Below, piece after piece: positions 27,024 through 37,074 of a stretch of DNA of 64,000 nt. The notes beneath the pieces were generated by a model, which worked only from the letters and a program-made list of their open reading frames with translations, was not told where the DNA came from and made no database searches. Origin of the DNA: Gemmatimonadaceae bacterium (lineage in GTDB: Bacteria; Gemmatimonadota; Gemmatimonadetes; Gemmatimonadales; Gemmatimonadaceae); the NCBI GenBank assembly GCA_046598315.1, contig JBKJIY010000079.1, positions 4,931-68,930 on the forward strand. Reading direction: 5' to 3'. Each line of letters begins with the position of its first letter. Position 1 is the stretch's first letter. Made by a program: the position numbers and the translations under genes.

Positions 27024-27184
27024 CAGGGTCTCGCGGCTGAAGGAGAGGACAAGCGGGCGATCGCACTCACTCTTTCCGACCCGGATCACCTTCCGGGCGT
27101 CACACTCGCGCTCGATGGAGCGGCCCACTTCCCCACGGCGGCGCGGTTCCGTTCATTACCGGGCGCTCACGCTCAGGAGAACTG

Positions 27185-27898
27185 GTGCTCACGCTGATCG
27201 GCATTCTCATCGTCGTCGTCGGATTCGTCCTCCGGCTCAATCCGCTCCTCGTCGTCACCGTCGCCGGCCTCGCCACCGGGCTCGCCAGCGGGCTGGGTCC
27301 GGTGGAGGTGGTCACCGCGTTCGGTAAGGCGTTCGTGGAGAGCCGCTATGTGGCCATCGTCTGGCTGGTACTGCCGGTCATCGGCCTGCTGGAGCGCGCC
27401 GGACTCAAGGAGCGCGCACGCACGGTGATCGCCGGCATTCCCGCCGCCACCACCGGTCGAGTGTTGATGATCTACTTCGCCATCCGACAGTCCACGGCGG
27501 CCCTCGGCCTTCTCTCGCTCGGCGGTCATGCCCAGATGGTGCGTCCGCTCGTCGCGCCGATGGCCGAGGGAGCGGCGGAGAACCGCTTCGGTACCCTGCC
27601 CGACCGCGTGCGCCGGCGCATCCGCGCCCACTCGGCGGCCGCGGACAACATCGCCGTCTTCTTCGGTGAAGACATCTTCATCGCGGTGGGATCCATCCTC
27701 CTGATCAAGGGCTTCCTCGAGCAGAACGGGATCATCGTGCAGCCACCGCAGCTCGCGCTCTGGGCTATTCCCACCGCGGTCGCCGCGCTCGTCATCCACT
27801 TCGCCCGTCTCGCGTTGCTGGACCGTTCGCTTCGCCGGACGATGTCGGCAGCGGCAACGGCAGCGACGGTCGAGCAGCCGACGGGAGTCGACGCGTGA
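27185..27898 (+). CDS. DUF969-family integral membrane protein
   Basis: 237 aa, multi-TM. The N-terminus is MLTLIGILIVVVGFVLRLNPLLVV. It overlaps the next gene by 4 nt, as in the usual DUF969/DUF979 pair. Confidence 0.75.
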   Translation: MLTLIGILIVVVGFVLRLNPLLVVTVAGLATGLASGLGPVEVVTAFGKAFVESRYVAIVWLVLPVIGLLERAGLKERARTVIAGIPAATTGRVLMIYFAIRQSTAALGLLSLGGHAQMVRPLVAPMAEGAAENRFGTLPDRVRRRIRAHSAAADNIAVFFGEDIFIAVGSILLIKGFLEQNGIIVQPPQLALWAIPTAVAALVIHFARLALLDRSLRRTMSAAATAATVEQPTGVDA

Positions 27899-28848
27899 TC
27901 GCGCTGGAACAGGTCTACTGGCTCATGGGCGCGCTGTCGGGCAGCGTGGCCATCATCAACCTCCGCGACCCGTCCAATCCCAGGCGCTACAACAACGCGG
28001 CATTCTGGGGATTGTACGCCGTGACTTTTCTGCTCGGTTCCCGGCTCCCCCACTTCGCGAGCGGGTGCATCGTGATCGTCATGGTGCTGGTGGCCAGCAT
28101 CGGCAAGCTCGGGCAGTCCACGAGCGAGAGCCAGACGCGCGACGAGCGGGAGGCGAGCGCAGCGAGGTGGGGAAACCGATTGTTCTTCCCGGCACTCGCC
28201 ATTCCCGCTTTCACGCTGCTCGGCAACTATCTGCTCAAGAGCGCCACCTTTCAGGGCGCACCGCTCGTGGACCCCAAGCAGGTCACTCTCGTCTCGCTCG
28301 CGCTCGCCACGCTCCTCGCGCTGGCCATCGGCATGGTCATGCTGCGACCGCCACTTTCCGCCCCACTGAAGGAAGCGCGCCGCCTGTGGGACGCCGTGGG
28401 GTGGGCCGCCGTGCTGCCCCAGATGCTCGCCGCGCTCGGCGCCCTGTTCGCCGTGGCGGGTGTGGGCAAGGTCGTGGCCACAGTCGCGGAGCGATGGATC
28501 CCGCTGGGTAGTCCGCTCGTCGCGGTGATCACGTATACCGTGGGAATGGCGCTGTTCACGATGATCATGGGGAACGCCTTCGCGGCTTTTCCCGTGATGA
28601 CGGCCGGCATCGGCCTGCCCCTCATCGTCGCGCGGTTCGGCGGTGACGTCACGATCATGGCGGCGGTGGGGATGCTGTCGGGATTCTGCGGCACGCTCAT
28701 GACACCGATGGCGGCCAACTACAACATCGTGCCCGCCGCGCTGCTGGAGCTGGACGAATACGCCGTGATCCGCGCGCAGATCCCGACGGCGCTGCTCCTG
28801 CTCGTGGCCAACACGGCGATCATGTACCTCTTCGTCTACCGGCACTGA
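27895..28848 (+). CDS. DUF979-family integral membrane protein
   Basis: 317 aa, multi-TM, translationally coupled to the DUF969 gene and to the next gene. Confidence 0.75.
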   Translation: MIALEQVYWLMGALSGSVAIINLRDPSNPRRYNNAAFWGLYAVTFLLGSRLPHFASGCIVIVMVLVASIGKLGQSTSESQTRDEREASAARWGNRLFFPALAIPAFTLLGNYLLKSATFQGAPLVDPKQVTLVSLALATLLALAIGMVMLRPPLSAPLKEARRLWDAVGWAAVLPQMLAALGALFAVAGVGKVVATVAERWIPLGSPLVAVITYTVGMALFTMIMGNAFAAFPVMTAGIGLPLIVARFGGDVTIMAAVGMLSGFCGTLMTPMAANYNIVPAALLELDEYAVIRAQIPTALLLLVANTAIMYLFVYRH

Positions 28849-29897
28849 TGACCAGCACACCCGAGCTCACCGCGGAGATGGCCGCCGACCTGGCGCGTCT
28901 CGCGCTCACGCATGTGCGCCGCGAGTACCCCAACAAGCTCGATCACGTGATGAGTGGGGGCGGCGACGTGGCGTCGCCAAGCGCGCTCCATCCGCTGTTC
29001 TTCGGCAGCTTCGATTGGCATTCCTGCGTGCACGCCTACTGGACCCTCGCCACCCTCTATCGCCGCTTTCCCGGACTCGCGGAAGCAGACGTCATTCGCG
29101 AACTGTTCGACGAGCAGTTCACGGCGGAGTCGGTCGGCGGCGAGATGGACTATCTCTCGCAGCCGAACCGGATGGGATTCGAGCGGCCGTACGGCTGGGC
29201 ATGGCTGCTGATGCTGCACGCCGAACTCGAGCGTCACGTGACTGCGGAGGGAAAGCGCTGGGGCGCCGAGCTGGCGCCACTGGCCAGCGTGTTCGCGCGC
29301 CGGTTCCAAGAGTTCCTGCCCAGGGCGACGTATCCCGTGCGCGTCGGTACGCACTTCAATACGGCCTTCGCGCTGCGACTGGCGCTCGAGTACGCCGAGA
29401 CGGTGGACGACGTGGTGCTCGCGTCGCTCTGCCGTGAGCGAGCGCGCCTGTGGTATGCCGGCGACGTGGACTGCCAGGCGTGGGAGCCTGGCGGAGACGA
29501 TTTCCTGTCGTCGGCGCTGATCGAGGCGGAGTGCATGCGCGTGGTGCTGGGCGCGGACGAGTGCGCCGCATGGCTCGGGCAATTCCTGCCGCGCCTCGCC
29601 CAGCGAAAGCCGGCCACGCTCTTCACTCCGGCCGTGGTGAGCGACCGGAGCGACGGAAAGATCGCGCATCTGGATGGCCTCAATCTCAGCCGTGCCTGGT
29701 GCTGGCGGTCGCTGGCCGGCATCTGGGGCGAAGGCGATTCCATGCGCGCGTTGGCACTGGAGACGGCGGCGGTGCACCAGAACGCGAGTCTGCCGTATCT
29801 GCGCGGCGAGTACGCGGGCGAGCACTGGTTGGGGACGTTCGCGCTGCTCGCGCTCAGCGTGGATCGGCGGAAGCGAGAGAGTTCAGATAGCGAGTGA
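28848..29897 (+). CDS. DUF2891-family protein
   Basis: 349 aa. HVRREYPNKLDHV...HPLFFGSFDWHSCVHAYW is the characteristic N-terminal signature. Confidence 0.75.
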   Translation: MTSTPELTAEMAADLARLALTHVRREYPNKLDHVMSGGGDVASPSALHPLFFGSFDWHSCVHAYWTLATLYRRFPGLAEADVIRELFDEQFTAESVGGEMDYLSQPNRMGFERPYGWAWLLMLHAELERHVTAEGKRWGAELAPLASVFARRFQEFLPRATYPVRVGTHFNTAFALRLALEYAETVDDVVLASLCRERARLWYAGDVDCQAWEPGGDDFLSSALIEAECMRVVLGADECAAWLGQFLPRLAQRKPATLFTPAVVSDRSDGKIAHLDGLNLSRAWCWRSLAGIWGEGDSMRALALETAAVHQNASLPYLRGEYAGEHWLGTFALLALSVDRRKRESSDSE

Positions 29898-32800
29898 TCT
29901 CGGCACGCGGGGTCCAGCGTTCCTGGCGAATGTCGTCCATGAAGTGACGGACGAAGCGGGATGCAGCGTCCCAGCCGTCCAGACGTTCGAGGCACATGGC
30001 GGTGACGTACGCGGGATGGTCCATGAACGTCATCTTTCCCGCGAAACAGTCGAGCAGACGTGGGAGCAACGCCGCGATGCTCTCCTCATCGTTTTCCAGG
30101 AGCGCGATGTGCGCGTAGATGGCGACGACACGCGCCCGTGGCATGAGCCCGGCTTGCGCGGCAGCCGCTTCCAGGGGCACGGTGAATTCCGTCCGCGCGC
30201 GCTTCGGATCAGCCGCCTCGAGCGCGTAGACGGCGCAGGCGATGGCCCGTGCACGGTCCATCTGCGTGTCGGGCAGCGCACCCGCAGGTCCGAGGTGGTG
30301 CAGGAGCGGGGCGACCTCGTCGAGGTGGCCTGCCTCCAACGCACTCATCACGATTGCTTCGGCCATCCTCGTAACGAGGTACTTTCGGCGCAGCGCTATT
30401 CCATGTTCCATCGCTTCGCGCCGCAACGCCTGCGCCTCCACGAGACTCCCTCGCATCTCCGCAATCATCGCCGCGTAGGACATCACCAGCATATACCGGG
30501 GCATCGCCCCGTTCTCTCGCCGCACGATCCCGAGGGCGATTTCAATGTGCTGGTGCGCCTGATCTGGGTCGTCCACATTTCGGAAGTGTCCTGCCCCGAA
30601 TAGCGCGAGCGCGACTCGCTCTTCATCCGAGGACGGCGTAAGGGCGCCGATCGTGTCCCAGGCGCGCCTGTGCGCCGCCTGCTCATGCAGATTCATCTGC
30701 CGCCACAGGGTCGTCATCCGCGATGCCGCATCGATCCGGTGGAATACCGAGGCAGTCTCGGAATGAATGCATGTGGACAGCTGCGCGATGGATTCGTGCC
30801 CCCCTCCCTCTCGCCGCATGGTCGCACTCAGCGCCATCAGCTCCACGGCATGATGCGGTGAATACCCGACCGGATCGATCCGTTTCGCGATCTCGTCGTA
30901 GCGCGCCTGCACGCGATGGAGCGCGTCGCTGGACCGATCAGCATCCTCCTCCATCCAGAGCGCCGCGGCACGATCCAGGTAGTGCAACGCCGCCGGTGAA
31001 TCACCAGCGATCTGCGCGGCACGCTCCATCATTTCTCCGGCCTCGATCGCAAATCCGCTCACGGACAGCAGGCTCGCGGCGGCATCCAGCGCTCCCTGCG
31101 CCCGCGCCGGATCACCCGCCGCCAGCCAATGCTCCGCCGCCGCCCAGGACCGGCGCGAACTGGCTGGGCCGGATGCGGCCACGGACTGCTCCAGCCACTC
31201 GGCGGCCGTGTGATGCATCAGCTGAAGCGTGCTGTCGGGTACCCGGCGCATCACCGCTTCCGTCCAGAGCGCATGGGTGGAGAAGATTCCCTCCACCACG
31301 CGGAGGATGCCCCCGAGCCCCAGTTCGTTCGTGGCCTCCATCAGTGTCGCCCGGTCCAGCATCGCGACCGCATCCACCGACGCGAGCACGGCATCCTCTC
31401 CCAGCACGGCAATCGCCGCCAGCGTGCGCGCGGCGCCGTCGGACACCCGATCCAGCCGCGCCTGCACCAGACGCGCGACCGAGGACGGAAGCGACGCCAG
31501 ATCCCCCGTCTCCATCCAGTGATCGACGAGCGCCTCGGCCACGAAGGGAATGCCGGCCGCACGCGCGATGAGACGCTGCATGACATCGGCCTGGATCTCA
31601 CGCGGTGCCGCGCGCGACATACATAGCGCCGAGACGCTCGAATGCTCGAGCGGAGAGAGCCAGATCAACTCGCGCTCCGACTCGGCCTCGCCGGCTGGAA
31701 AAATCGGTTCGCCGAGCCTGGTTGCGTCGCTGCGCGTCGCCGCGCGAAGCGTCGCGATCCACGCGACCGATTCGTCTTCCTGCGCGAACATCGGCGCAAG
31801 GATCGACCAGGAGCCAGGCTCGGCCCACTGTGCGTCGTCCAGCACCACAGCCAGCGGAGCGTCGTCGGCGACGGCCCCCAGCAGGTCCTTCAGCGCCGAA
31901 TAGACGACGGCACGGCGGGCACCGCCTTGTTCAGGTTCATCGCCGTCGTCCGACTCGCCAGTGAGGCCGCGAAGTACCTCGAGCGACGTTGGGTCCGCGC
32001 CGAGCGCACCGCGCATCTCGAGCAACGCGCGCGCAAGGTCGATGACGAGCGACAGTGGGCGCAACGCATCGCCGCGGCTGCAGCGCAGACTGACTACCTG
32101 CGTGCCGCGCAGACGGGCCAGTGCCATGAACTCCTGAATGAGGCGCGTCTTCCCCATGCCAGCCGGTCCGGCCACCGCCAGGCGCCGCGAGAGATCCGCC
32201 GTGGGACCAAGAACGGCGAGCAGTCTCTCCAGCACATCCTGGCGACCGACCAGGGGTGCGTTGCGCGAGGACAGACTGGCGTCTGCGGCAGATGCGCCCC
32301 GCGGCGACGCGTCGGCGTGACGCGTGTCCTGCATCGCTACTGCTTCCGAGAGCGCCGTTGCCGCCTGTTTATGGAAGGGATCCAGGGTCAGGATCCGACG
32401 CGCCAGCTGCGCGGTAGCGCTCCAGTTTGCCCCGCGCCGTGCCGCCGCGAGCCAGGGGAGCAGGGCGCGCAGCAGATCCAGCCGCAATGCATCGCGCGTC
32501 TCCTCCAGCCAGCGCGAGAAGAGATCCGAGATATCGGGCTCGTAGCCGGCGAGTAGCGCGTCGGAGCCGCGCGCGAGCACGTCCTCGACCGTCATCGCCT
32601 GGACGATGGCGTCCATGTCGGTGCTGACGTCGCCCACGGAGAGCGTCATGTCGGCCGCGCGCGCCTGTACCGGAACCCCATGCTGCTTGAGTTGGCTCAC
32701 CAGCCAGCGTAGCCGTTCGCCGCGCGCCGCGGTGTCTGCATCGGGCCAGAGGAGAGCGGCGAGCGTGGCCCGGCGCACCGTCCGGCCGCGGTGCAGCAGG

Positions 32801-32958
32801 AGATACAGCGCCGCCGCAAAGACCACAGGCTTCGTCGGAGAAAGCTCCCCCGCGGGTGCAAAGATTCTCGGGGCCCCGATGAGCTCGACACGAAAGCGCG
32901 ACTCCGGCCTGAGGGACTCGCTCGTCGGTGCGCTGGTCAGGCGGGCCTCACCGCGCAC
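29854..32958 (-). CDS. Large STAND-type regulator: SARP/BTAD-like winged-helix N-terminus, P-loop NTPase, then a TPR-like helical C-terminus
   Basis: 1034 aa with a GTG start. The N-terminus FRVELIGAPRI...LAALLWPD... is SARP-like. Walker A is AVAGPAGMGKTRL and Walker B-like is LAVVLDDAQWAE. The rest is a long helical repeat region. Confidence 0.75.
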   Translation of the reverse strand: MRGEARLTSAPTSESLRPESRFRVELIGAPRIFAPAGELSPTKPVVFAAALYLLLHRGRTVRRATLAALLWPDADTAARGERLRWLVSQLKQHGVPVQARAADMTLSVGDVSTDMDAIVQAMTVEDVLARGSDALLAGYEPDISDLFSRWLEETRDALRLDLLRALLPWLAAARRGANWSATAQLARRILTLDPFHKQAATALSEAVAMQDTRHADASPRGASAADASLSSRNAPLVGRQDVLERLLAVLGPTADLSRRLAVAGPAGMGKTRLIQEFMALARLRGTQVVSLRCSRGDALRPLSLVIDLARALLEMRGALGADPTSLEVLRGLTGESDDGDEPEQGGARRAVVYSALKDLLGAVADDAPLAVVLDDAQWAEPGSWSILAPMFAQEDESVAWIATLRAATRSDATRLGEPIFPAGEAESERELIWLSPLEHSSVSALCMSRAAPREIQADVMQRLIARAAGIPFVAEALVDHWMETGDLASLPSSVARLVQARLDRVSDGAARTLAAIAVLGEDAVLASVDAVAMLDRATLMEATNELGLGGILRVVEGIFSTHALWTEAVMRRVPDSTLQLMHHTAAEWLEQSVAASGPASSRRSWAAAEHWLAAGDPARAQGALDAAASLLSVSGFAIEAGEMMERAAQIAGDSPAALHYLDRAAALWMEEDADRSSDALHRVQARYDEIAKRIDPVGYSPHHAVELMALSATMRREGGGHESIAQLSTCIHSETASVFHRIDAASRMTTLWRQMNLHEQAAHRRAWDTIGALTPSSDEERVALALFGAGHFRNVDDPDQAHQHIEIALGIVRRENGAMPRYMLVMSYAAMIAEMRGSLVEAQALRREAMEHGIALRRKYLVTRMAEAIVMSALEAGHLDEVAPLLHHLGPAGALPDTQMDRARAIACAVYALEAADPKRARTEFTVPLEAAAAQAGLMPRARVVAIYAHIALLENDEESIAALLPRLLDCFAGKMTFMDHPAYVTAMCLERLDGWDAASRFVRHFMDDIRQERWTPRAEITRYLNSLASADPR

Positions 32959-33056
32959 TCACGTTCAACTCACGCCTTGTGTTTATCATGATCTCGCATG
33001 AAGGAACCGAGCGACGCCGCTCTCCCTATCGTTTCTTTATTTACGGGGTGAGCAAC

Positions 33057-33821
33057 ATGATGGCCGAGCCACTACCTTGTGCGCAATACGCATCGCCCGA
33101 CCTGAGCGACTTCTCAGCATCAGCCTCGGCGGCGTGGATCGTCACCTCCAGCGTCGAGGCAGCATGGCGCGTTCGCTCCCTGCTGGGGGAGGCTAGCTAC
33201 ACCTATCGCGTCATGTCGGCGTCATCGGTCCGACGGGTAGCCAGCGGGAAGGGTCCACCGGCGCTACTCGTCGTGGCGAACCTCCCCGGCAGCGGCGACA
33301 TCGAACGCGTGGTCTCGCATCTCGCTTCACGGTGGCCCGTCACCCCGATCATCGTCGTCTCCGGTGGCGGTGACGATCAGCTCATCGCCCGGTCGCTGCG
33401 CGCCGGAGCGGATGACTGGCTCTCCTCACAGAGCCCGGCGGACCTCGTCCGTGCACGGCTGGACGCGATTCGTCGTCGCGTCGACCGGGGCGATCAGGAG
33501 ACACAGCTGGAAGTCGGGGATCTCACTCTCGACCGCCGACGGCGCCGGATATGGCGGGGCGATGTAGCGTTGGCGATCACCAACCGTGAGTTCGCACTCC
33601 TCGACGCACTCGTCCGCGGTAACGGGTTTCCCGTGGCGCGTAGCGATCTGTTCGCGTGGATCTGGGGCTCAGGCCACGCGGAGATGCCCACGGAGAATGC
33701 GCTGGAGTTTTATGTGAGCTACCTCCGGCGGAAGCTTCACTCGCAGAGAGTGGATATTCTCACAGTCAGGGGCGTGGGATATCGGCTGGTGGTGCGCGCA
33801 TCCGCCACCCTCAGTAACTGA
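33057..33821 (+). CDS. OmpR/PhoB-type winged-helix regulator with a degenerate, non-phosphorylatable receiver domain
   Basis: ORF 32928..33821 with the likely ATG at 33057. The C-terminus LTLDRRRRRIWRGDVALAITNREFALLDALV...TVRGVGYRLV is a canonical OmpR wHTH. In the receiver, DD is replaced by SS (IVTSS), the acceptor Asp by Asn (LLVVANLPG), and the conserved Lys is absent. Confidence 0.8.
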   Translation: MMAEPLPCAQYASPDLSDFSASASAAWIVTSSVEAAWRVRSLLGEASYTYRVMSASSVRRVASGKGPPALLVVANLPGSGDIERVVSHLASRWPVTPIIVVSGGGDDQLIARSLRAGADDWLSSQSPADLVRARLDAIRRRVDRGDQETQLEVGDLTLDRRRRRIWRGDVALAITNREFALLDALVRGNGFPVARSDLFAWIWGSGHAEMPTENALEFYVSYLRRKLHSQRVDILTVRGVGYRLVVRASATLSN

Positions 33822-35316
33822 CGGCCGCTCCAGGAGACGCCCCGCTCTGCCCAGCCAGAATCTCGCGGCCCAGCGCGGTCGCGGACTCCACGAACATCGT
33901 AAAATCCGCCGCCCGGCTTCGGTGGTTCACATTGGCCACACGGATCGCGTAGCGGCCATCGAGCTCGGTACCCGACGGCACGGCGATTCCCCGTTCCTGA
34001 AGCCGCAGCAGAATCTCCCGGTTCAGCTCGTTCAGCGCGCCATCGTCCATGCCCGGCGACACGAATCGAAAGCAGACCACATTGAGCGGCACCGGCGCGA
34101 GCAGCTCCAGCTCTGGGTGTGTCGCGATGAGCGCGGCCAGCCCACGCGCCTGCCGTACGTTCTGCTCCACCATCGCTCGCAGGCCTTCGGTCCCATGCGA
34201 CTGGAGGCTCATCCACACCTTCAGCGCCTTGAAGCCACGCGTCAGCTCGAGCCCGCGGTCCGCGAAAGGGATTCCTCCGGCGATCACCCCGCGCTCCGTG
34301 CCGGCGATGTAGCTGGCCGAGGAAGCGAAGGCGGCGCGGTGCATCTCTGCGTCGCGGACGAGCACGCAGGCGCACTCGAAGGGGAGCGAGCCCCACTTGT
34401 GCAGGTCGAAGCCGAGCGAGTCGGCGCGCTCCATGCCGCGCAGGGTTGGCCGCAGCTCGGGCGACAGGTACGCGAGCGCACCGAACGCGCCGTCCACGTG
34501 GAACCAGAGCCGCTGCTCCTCGCAGACACCGGCGAGCGCCTCGAGATCGTCACTCGCTCCAGTGTTCACGGTGCCCGCGGTGCCGATCACGCAGAAGGGG
34601 ACGAGCCCTGCCGAGCGATCCTCGGCGAGCTGCCGCTGCAATGCGTTCACGTCGATGCGGAACTCGGCGTCCACCGGGACGCGGCGGAAGGCGCCGTTAC
34701 CCAGGCCGAGCAGTTCGGCGGCCTTGCGAGCCCAGTTGTGGGTCTCGGACGAGCCATAGAATGCCAGCCGCGGCCCGCCATGCAGGCCGCGCTCGCGCAG
34801 ATCCCATCCGGCGCGCACGGCCACCGCGTGGCGCGCCACCGCGAGACCGAGGGTGTTGGCCATCGTGCCCCCGCTCACGAGCAGCCCACTGGAGCCCACC
34901 GGCATGCCGAGCATTTCGGCCAGCCAGCGGATGACCTCGTGCTCCACCAACGCCGGCGCCTGGTTGAAGCCCGCCATGTGCGGGTTGATGCCGGCCGCCA
35001 ACATATCGGCCATCATCCCTAACGGCGTCCCGTTTCCCTGCACCCAGCCCCAGAAGCGTGGATGCACGTTGCCGCACGTGTAGGGCATGACACGCTGCGC
35101 GAACGCTTCGTAGGCGGCCTCGTCCCCCGCCCCGTCGCGCGGCACTGGCGACGCGAACGACATGCGCACTTCGCGCGGCATCTCGCGCCAGGCCGGTTGC
35201 GCGCGAAGGCTCTCCAGGTGCGAAAGCATGTCGTCCACCATCCGGTGCGCGAGAGCGCGGAAGTCGCTCCAGCTCGCGGGATCCAGTGTGCGCTCGGGCT
35301 CGTGTGCGTCGTTCAT
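33811..35316 (-). CDS. Group II PLP-dependent amino-acid decarboxylase
   Basis: 501 aa. Motifs SGGTMANT, HVDGAFG and the PLP-lysine motif FDLHKWG are present. Confidence 0.88.
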   Translation of the reverse strand: MNDAHEPERTLDPASWSDFRALAHRMVDDMLSHLESLRAQPAWREMPREVRMSFASPVPRDGAGDEAAYEAFAQRVMPYTCGNVHPRFWGWVQGNGTPLGMMADMLAAGINPHMAGFNQAPALVEHEVIRWLAEMLGMPVGSSGLLVSGGTMANTLGLAVARHAVAVRAGWDLRERGLHGGPRLAFYGSSETHNWARKAAELLGLGNGAFRRVPVDAEFRIDVNALQRQLAEDRSAGLVPFCVIGTAGTVNTGASDDLEALAGVCEEQRLWFHVDGAFGALAYLSPELRPTLRGMERADSLGFDLHKWGSLPFECACVLVRDAEMHRAAFASSASYIAGTERGVIAGGIPFADRGLELTRGFKALKVWMSLQSHGTEGLRAMVEQNVRQARGLAALIATHPELELLAPVPLNVVCFRFVSPGMDDGALNELNREILLRLQERGIAVPSGTELDGRYAIRVANVNHRSRAADFTMFVESATALGREILAGQSGASPGAAVSY

Positions 35317-35376
35317 CCCGGAGTCTACTCCGTCGGCCCGCGCGCGACTATCCGCAGGACTCTTCGCCCGCGTGCG

Positions 35377-37074
35377 TCACTTGCTCCTGACAAATCGCAG
35401 GCCGCGCACGCGGCCGGCGAACACACTGAAGCCGTCGACGTTGCCGCCCGCGTCGCGTGAGAAGACGACCGTGCCGATCTGCTGGCCCATGAACCCGTCG
35501 CGGACAGTGGGATGCAGGACGATTTCGTCGACGGGCCGGCGACGCAGCACCAGCGAGTCGCCACGCACCGCGACGGTGAGTCTGGTCTCGATCTCGTCGC
35601 TCCAGTAGCTGCCTGTGTACCCTGCCAGGTCGGTCGCCGTGACGGCGGCGGCGACGGCCGGTTCGAAGACGAGGGTGTCGCCATCGGTGCCGACGAACAG
35701 CACATCGCGCACGTTGCCACCGCGGAGGCGGTAGGTGAGCTCACCCTGCCCCGGCACGGTGAAGCGGTCCGCTCCCACGGAAGTCAGCACACGGGCGCTC
35801 GGCAGCTCCGTCACGAGCGTGCCGTCCCGCACGGCGACGCGCAGCACATCCTGCGTGCGCCCCACGCGAAACACGCCGGCGTAGCGGCGCAGCTGCTCGT
35901 CCGACAGACGGGGATCTGCCGCGCTGCTGGACGCATCGCCCAGCGCTCCGGCACGCTGCCGCTTGACGAACAACGCCGCCACCTGGTTGCCGAGCGCTGT
36001 CGGGTTCGCCGTCGCCACATTGCAGAACACGGCGACAGACACCTGCTGGTCTGGGTACCGCGCGAGCCAGGTACGGTAGCCCGCAGTCGATCCACCGTGC
36101 GTCACCTCCTGCACGCCGTCCTTGCTCGACACGTCCAGACCGAGGGCATACGTGATGCGCCGGCCGCTGGCGAGCACCATCGAGCGTTCCATCAGTTGTG
36201 CGAACGCGGCACCGCCGAACGACGCCGGCGGCGCGTCGAGCATCGTGTTCCATTTCAGCATGTCGCCGACGGTGGTGAGCAGTCCGCCGTTGCCGTGCAC
36301 GTTGGTGAACGGCATGTCGGTATGGAATCCAGCGGACGCCGTACCGCGATACGCCGTCGCGCGTCCCTTCACTACCGCCGTGTGGTCGTCGCGCCAGCGG
36401 GTGCTCGTCATGCCGAGCGGGCGGAACAGTCGTTCGTCGGTGAATCGCGCGAAGGGCATGCCGCTCACCCGCTGCACGATGATCGCCGCCAGGACGTATC
36501 CGGTATTGCTGTAGAGATACTCCGCGCCGGGCTCGAAGTTGAGCGTCGTCTGGTGCGCCACGAGGTCGAGGATCGTGGCGAAGGAGTGCACCTGCGTGCC
36601 GGCGCCTCGGCCCTGCAGACCGAGCAGTCCCCACTGGTCGCGGAGTCCGCTGGTGTGCGTGAGCAGATTCCGGATGGAGATCTTCTTTCCAAAGCTCGGC
36701 ACCTCGGGCACGTACTGGCGAACGTCGTCGTCCAGCGAAAGGCGGCCATCGCGCGCGAGCAGGACGACCGCGGCGGCGGTGAACTGCTTCGCCACCGAGC
36801 CGCTCTCGAAGATCGTCTCGGGGGTGTTCGGCACGCCGTACTCCAGATTCGCCAGGCCGTAGGCACGCGTGAGTACCGGCTCGCCAGCACGGCTCACCCC
36901 CACGCCGCAGCCCGGCGCGCCGCGTCCGCCGAGCGGCGCGAAGATGCCGTCGATACGCGTGACCATGCTGTCGGGCAACGCGGTGACTCCCGGCTGCTGC
37001 GCGCCGAGCGACTCGTCCGCCGCCGAGAGCAGGAGCGCGACGGCGGCGCGTCGCAGAACGGCGCTATTCACCAC
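35377..37074 (-). CDS. Secreted serine hydrolase of the beta-lactamase/class C family with an extra C-terminal domain
   Basis: 565 aa. It has a signal peptide, the SxxK motif SVAKQF, and YSNTGY. It overlaps the upstream S9 peptidase gene by 11 nt. Confidence 0.85.
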   Translation of the reverse strand: MVNSAVLRRAAVALLLSAADESLGAQQPGVTALPDSMVTRIDGIFAPLGGRGAPGCGVGVSRAGEPVLTRAYGLANLEYGVPNTPETIFESGSVAKQFTAAAVVLLARDGRLSLDDDVRQYVPEVPSFGKKISIRNLLTHTSGLRDQWGLLGLQGRGAGTQVHSFATILDLVAHQTTLNFEPGAEYLYSNTGYVLAAIIVQRVSGMPFARFTDERLFRPLGMTSTRWRDDHTAVVKGRATAYRGTASAGFHTDMPFTNVHGNGGLLTTVGDMLKWNTMLDAPPASFGGAAFAQLMERSMVLASGRRITYALGLDVSSKDGVQEVTHGGSTAGYRTWLARYPDQQVSVAVFCNVATANPTALGNQVAALFVKRQRAGALGDASSSAADPRLSDEQLRRYAGVFRVGRTQDVLRVAVRDGTLVTELPSARVLTSVGADRFTVPGQGELTYRLRGGNVRDVLFVGTDGDTLVFEPAVAAAVTATDLAGYTGSYWSDEIETRLTVAVRGDSLVLRRRPVDEIVLHPTVRDGFMGQQIGTVVFSRDAGGNVDGFSVFAGRVRGLRFVRSK

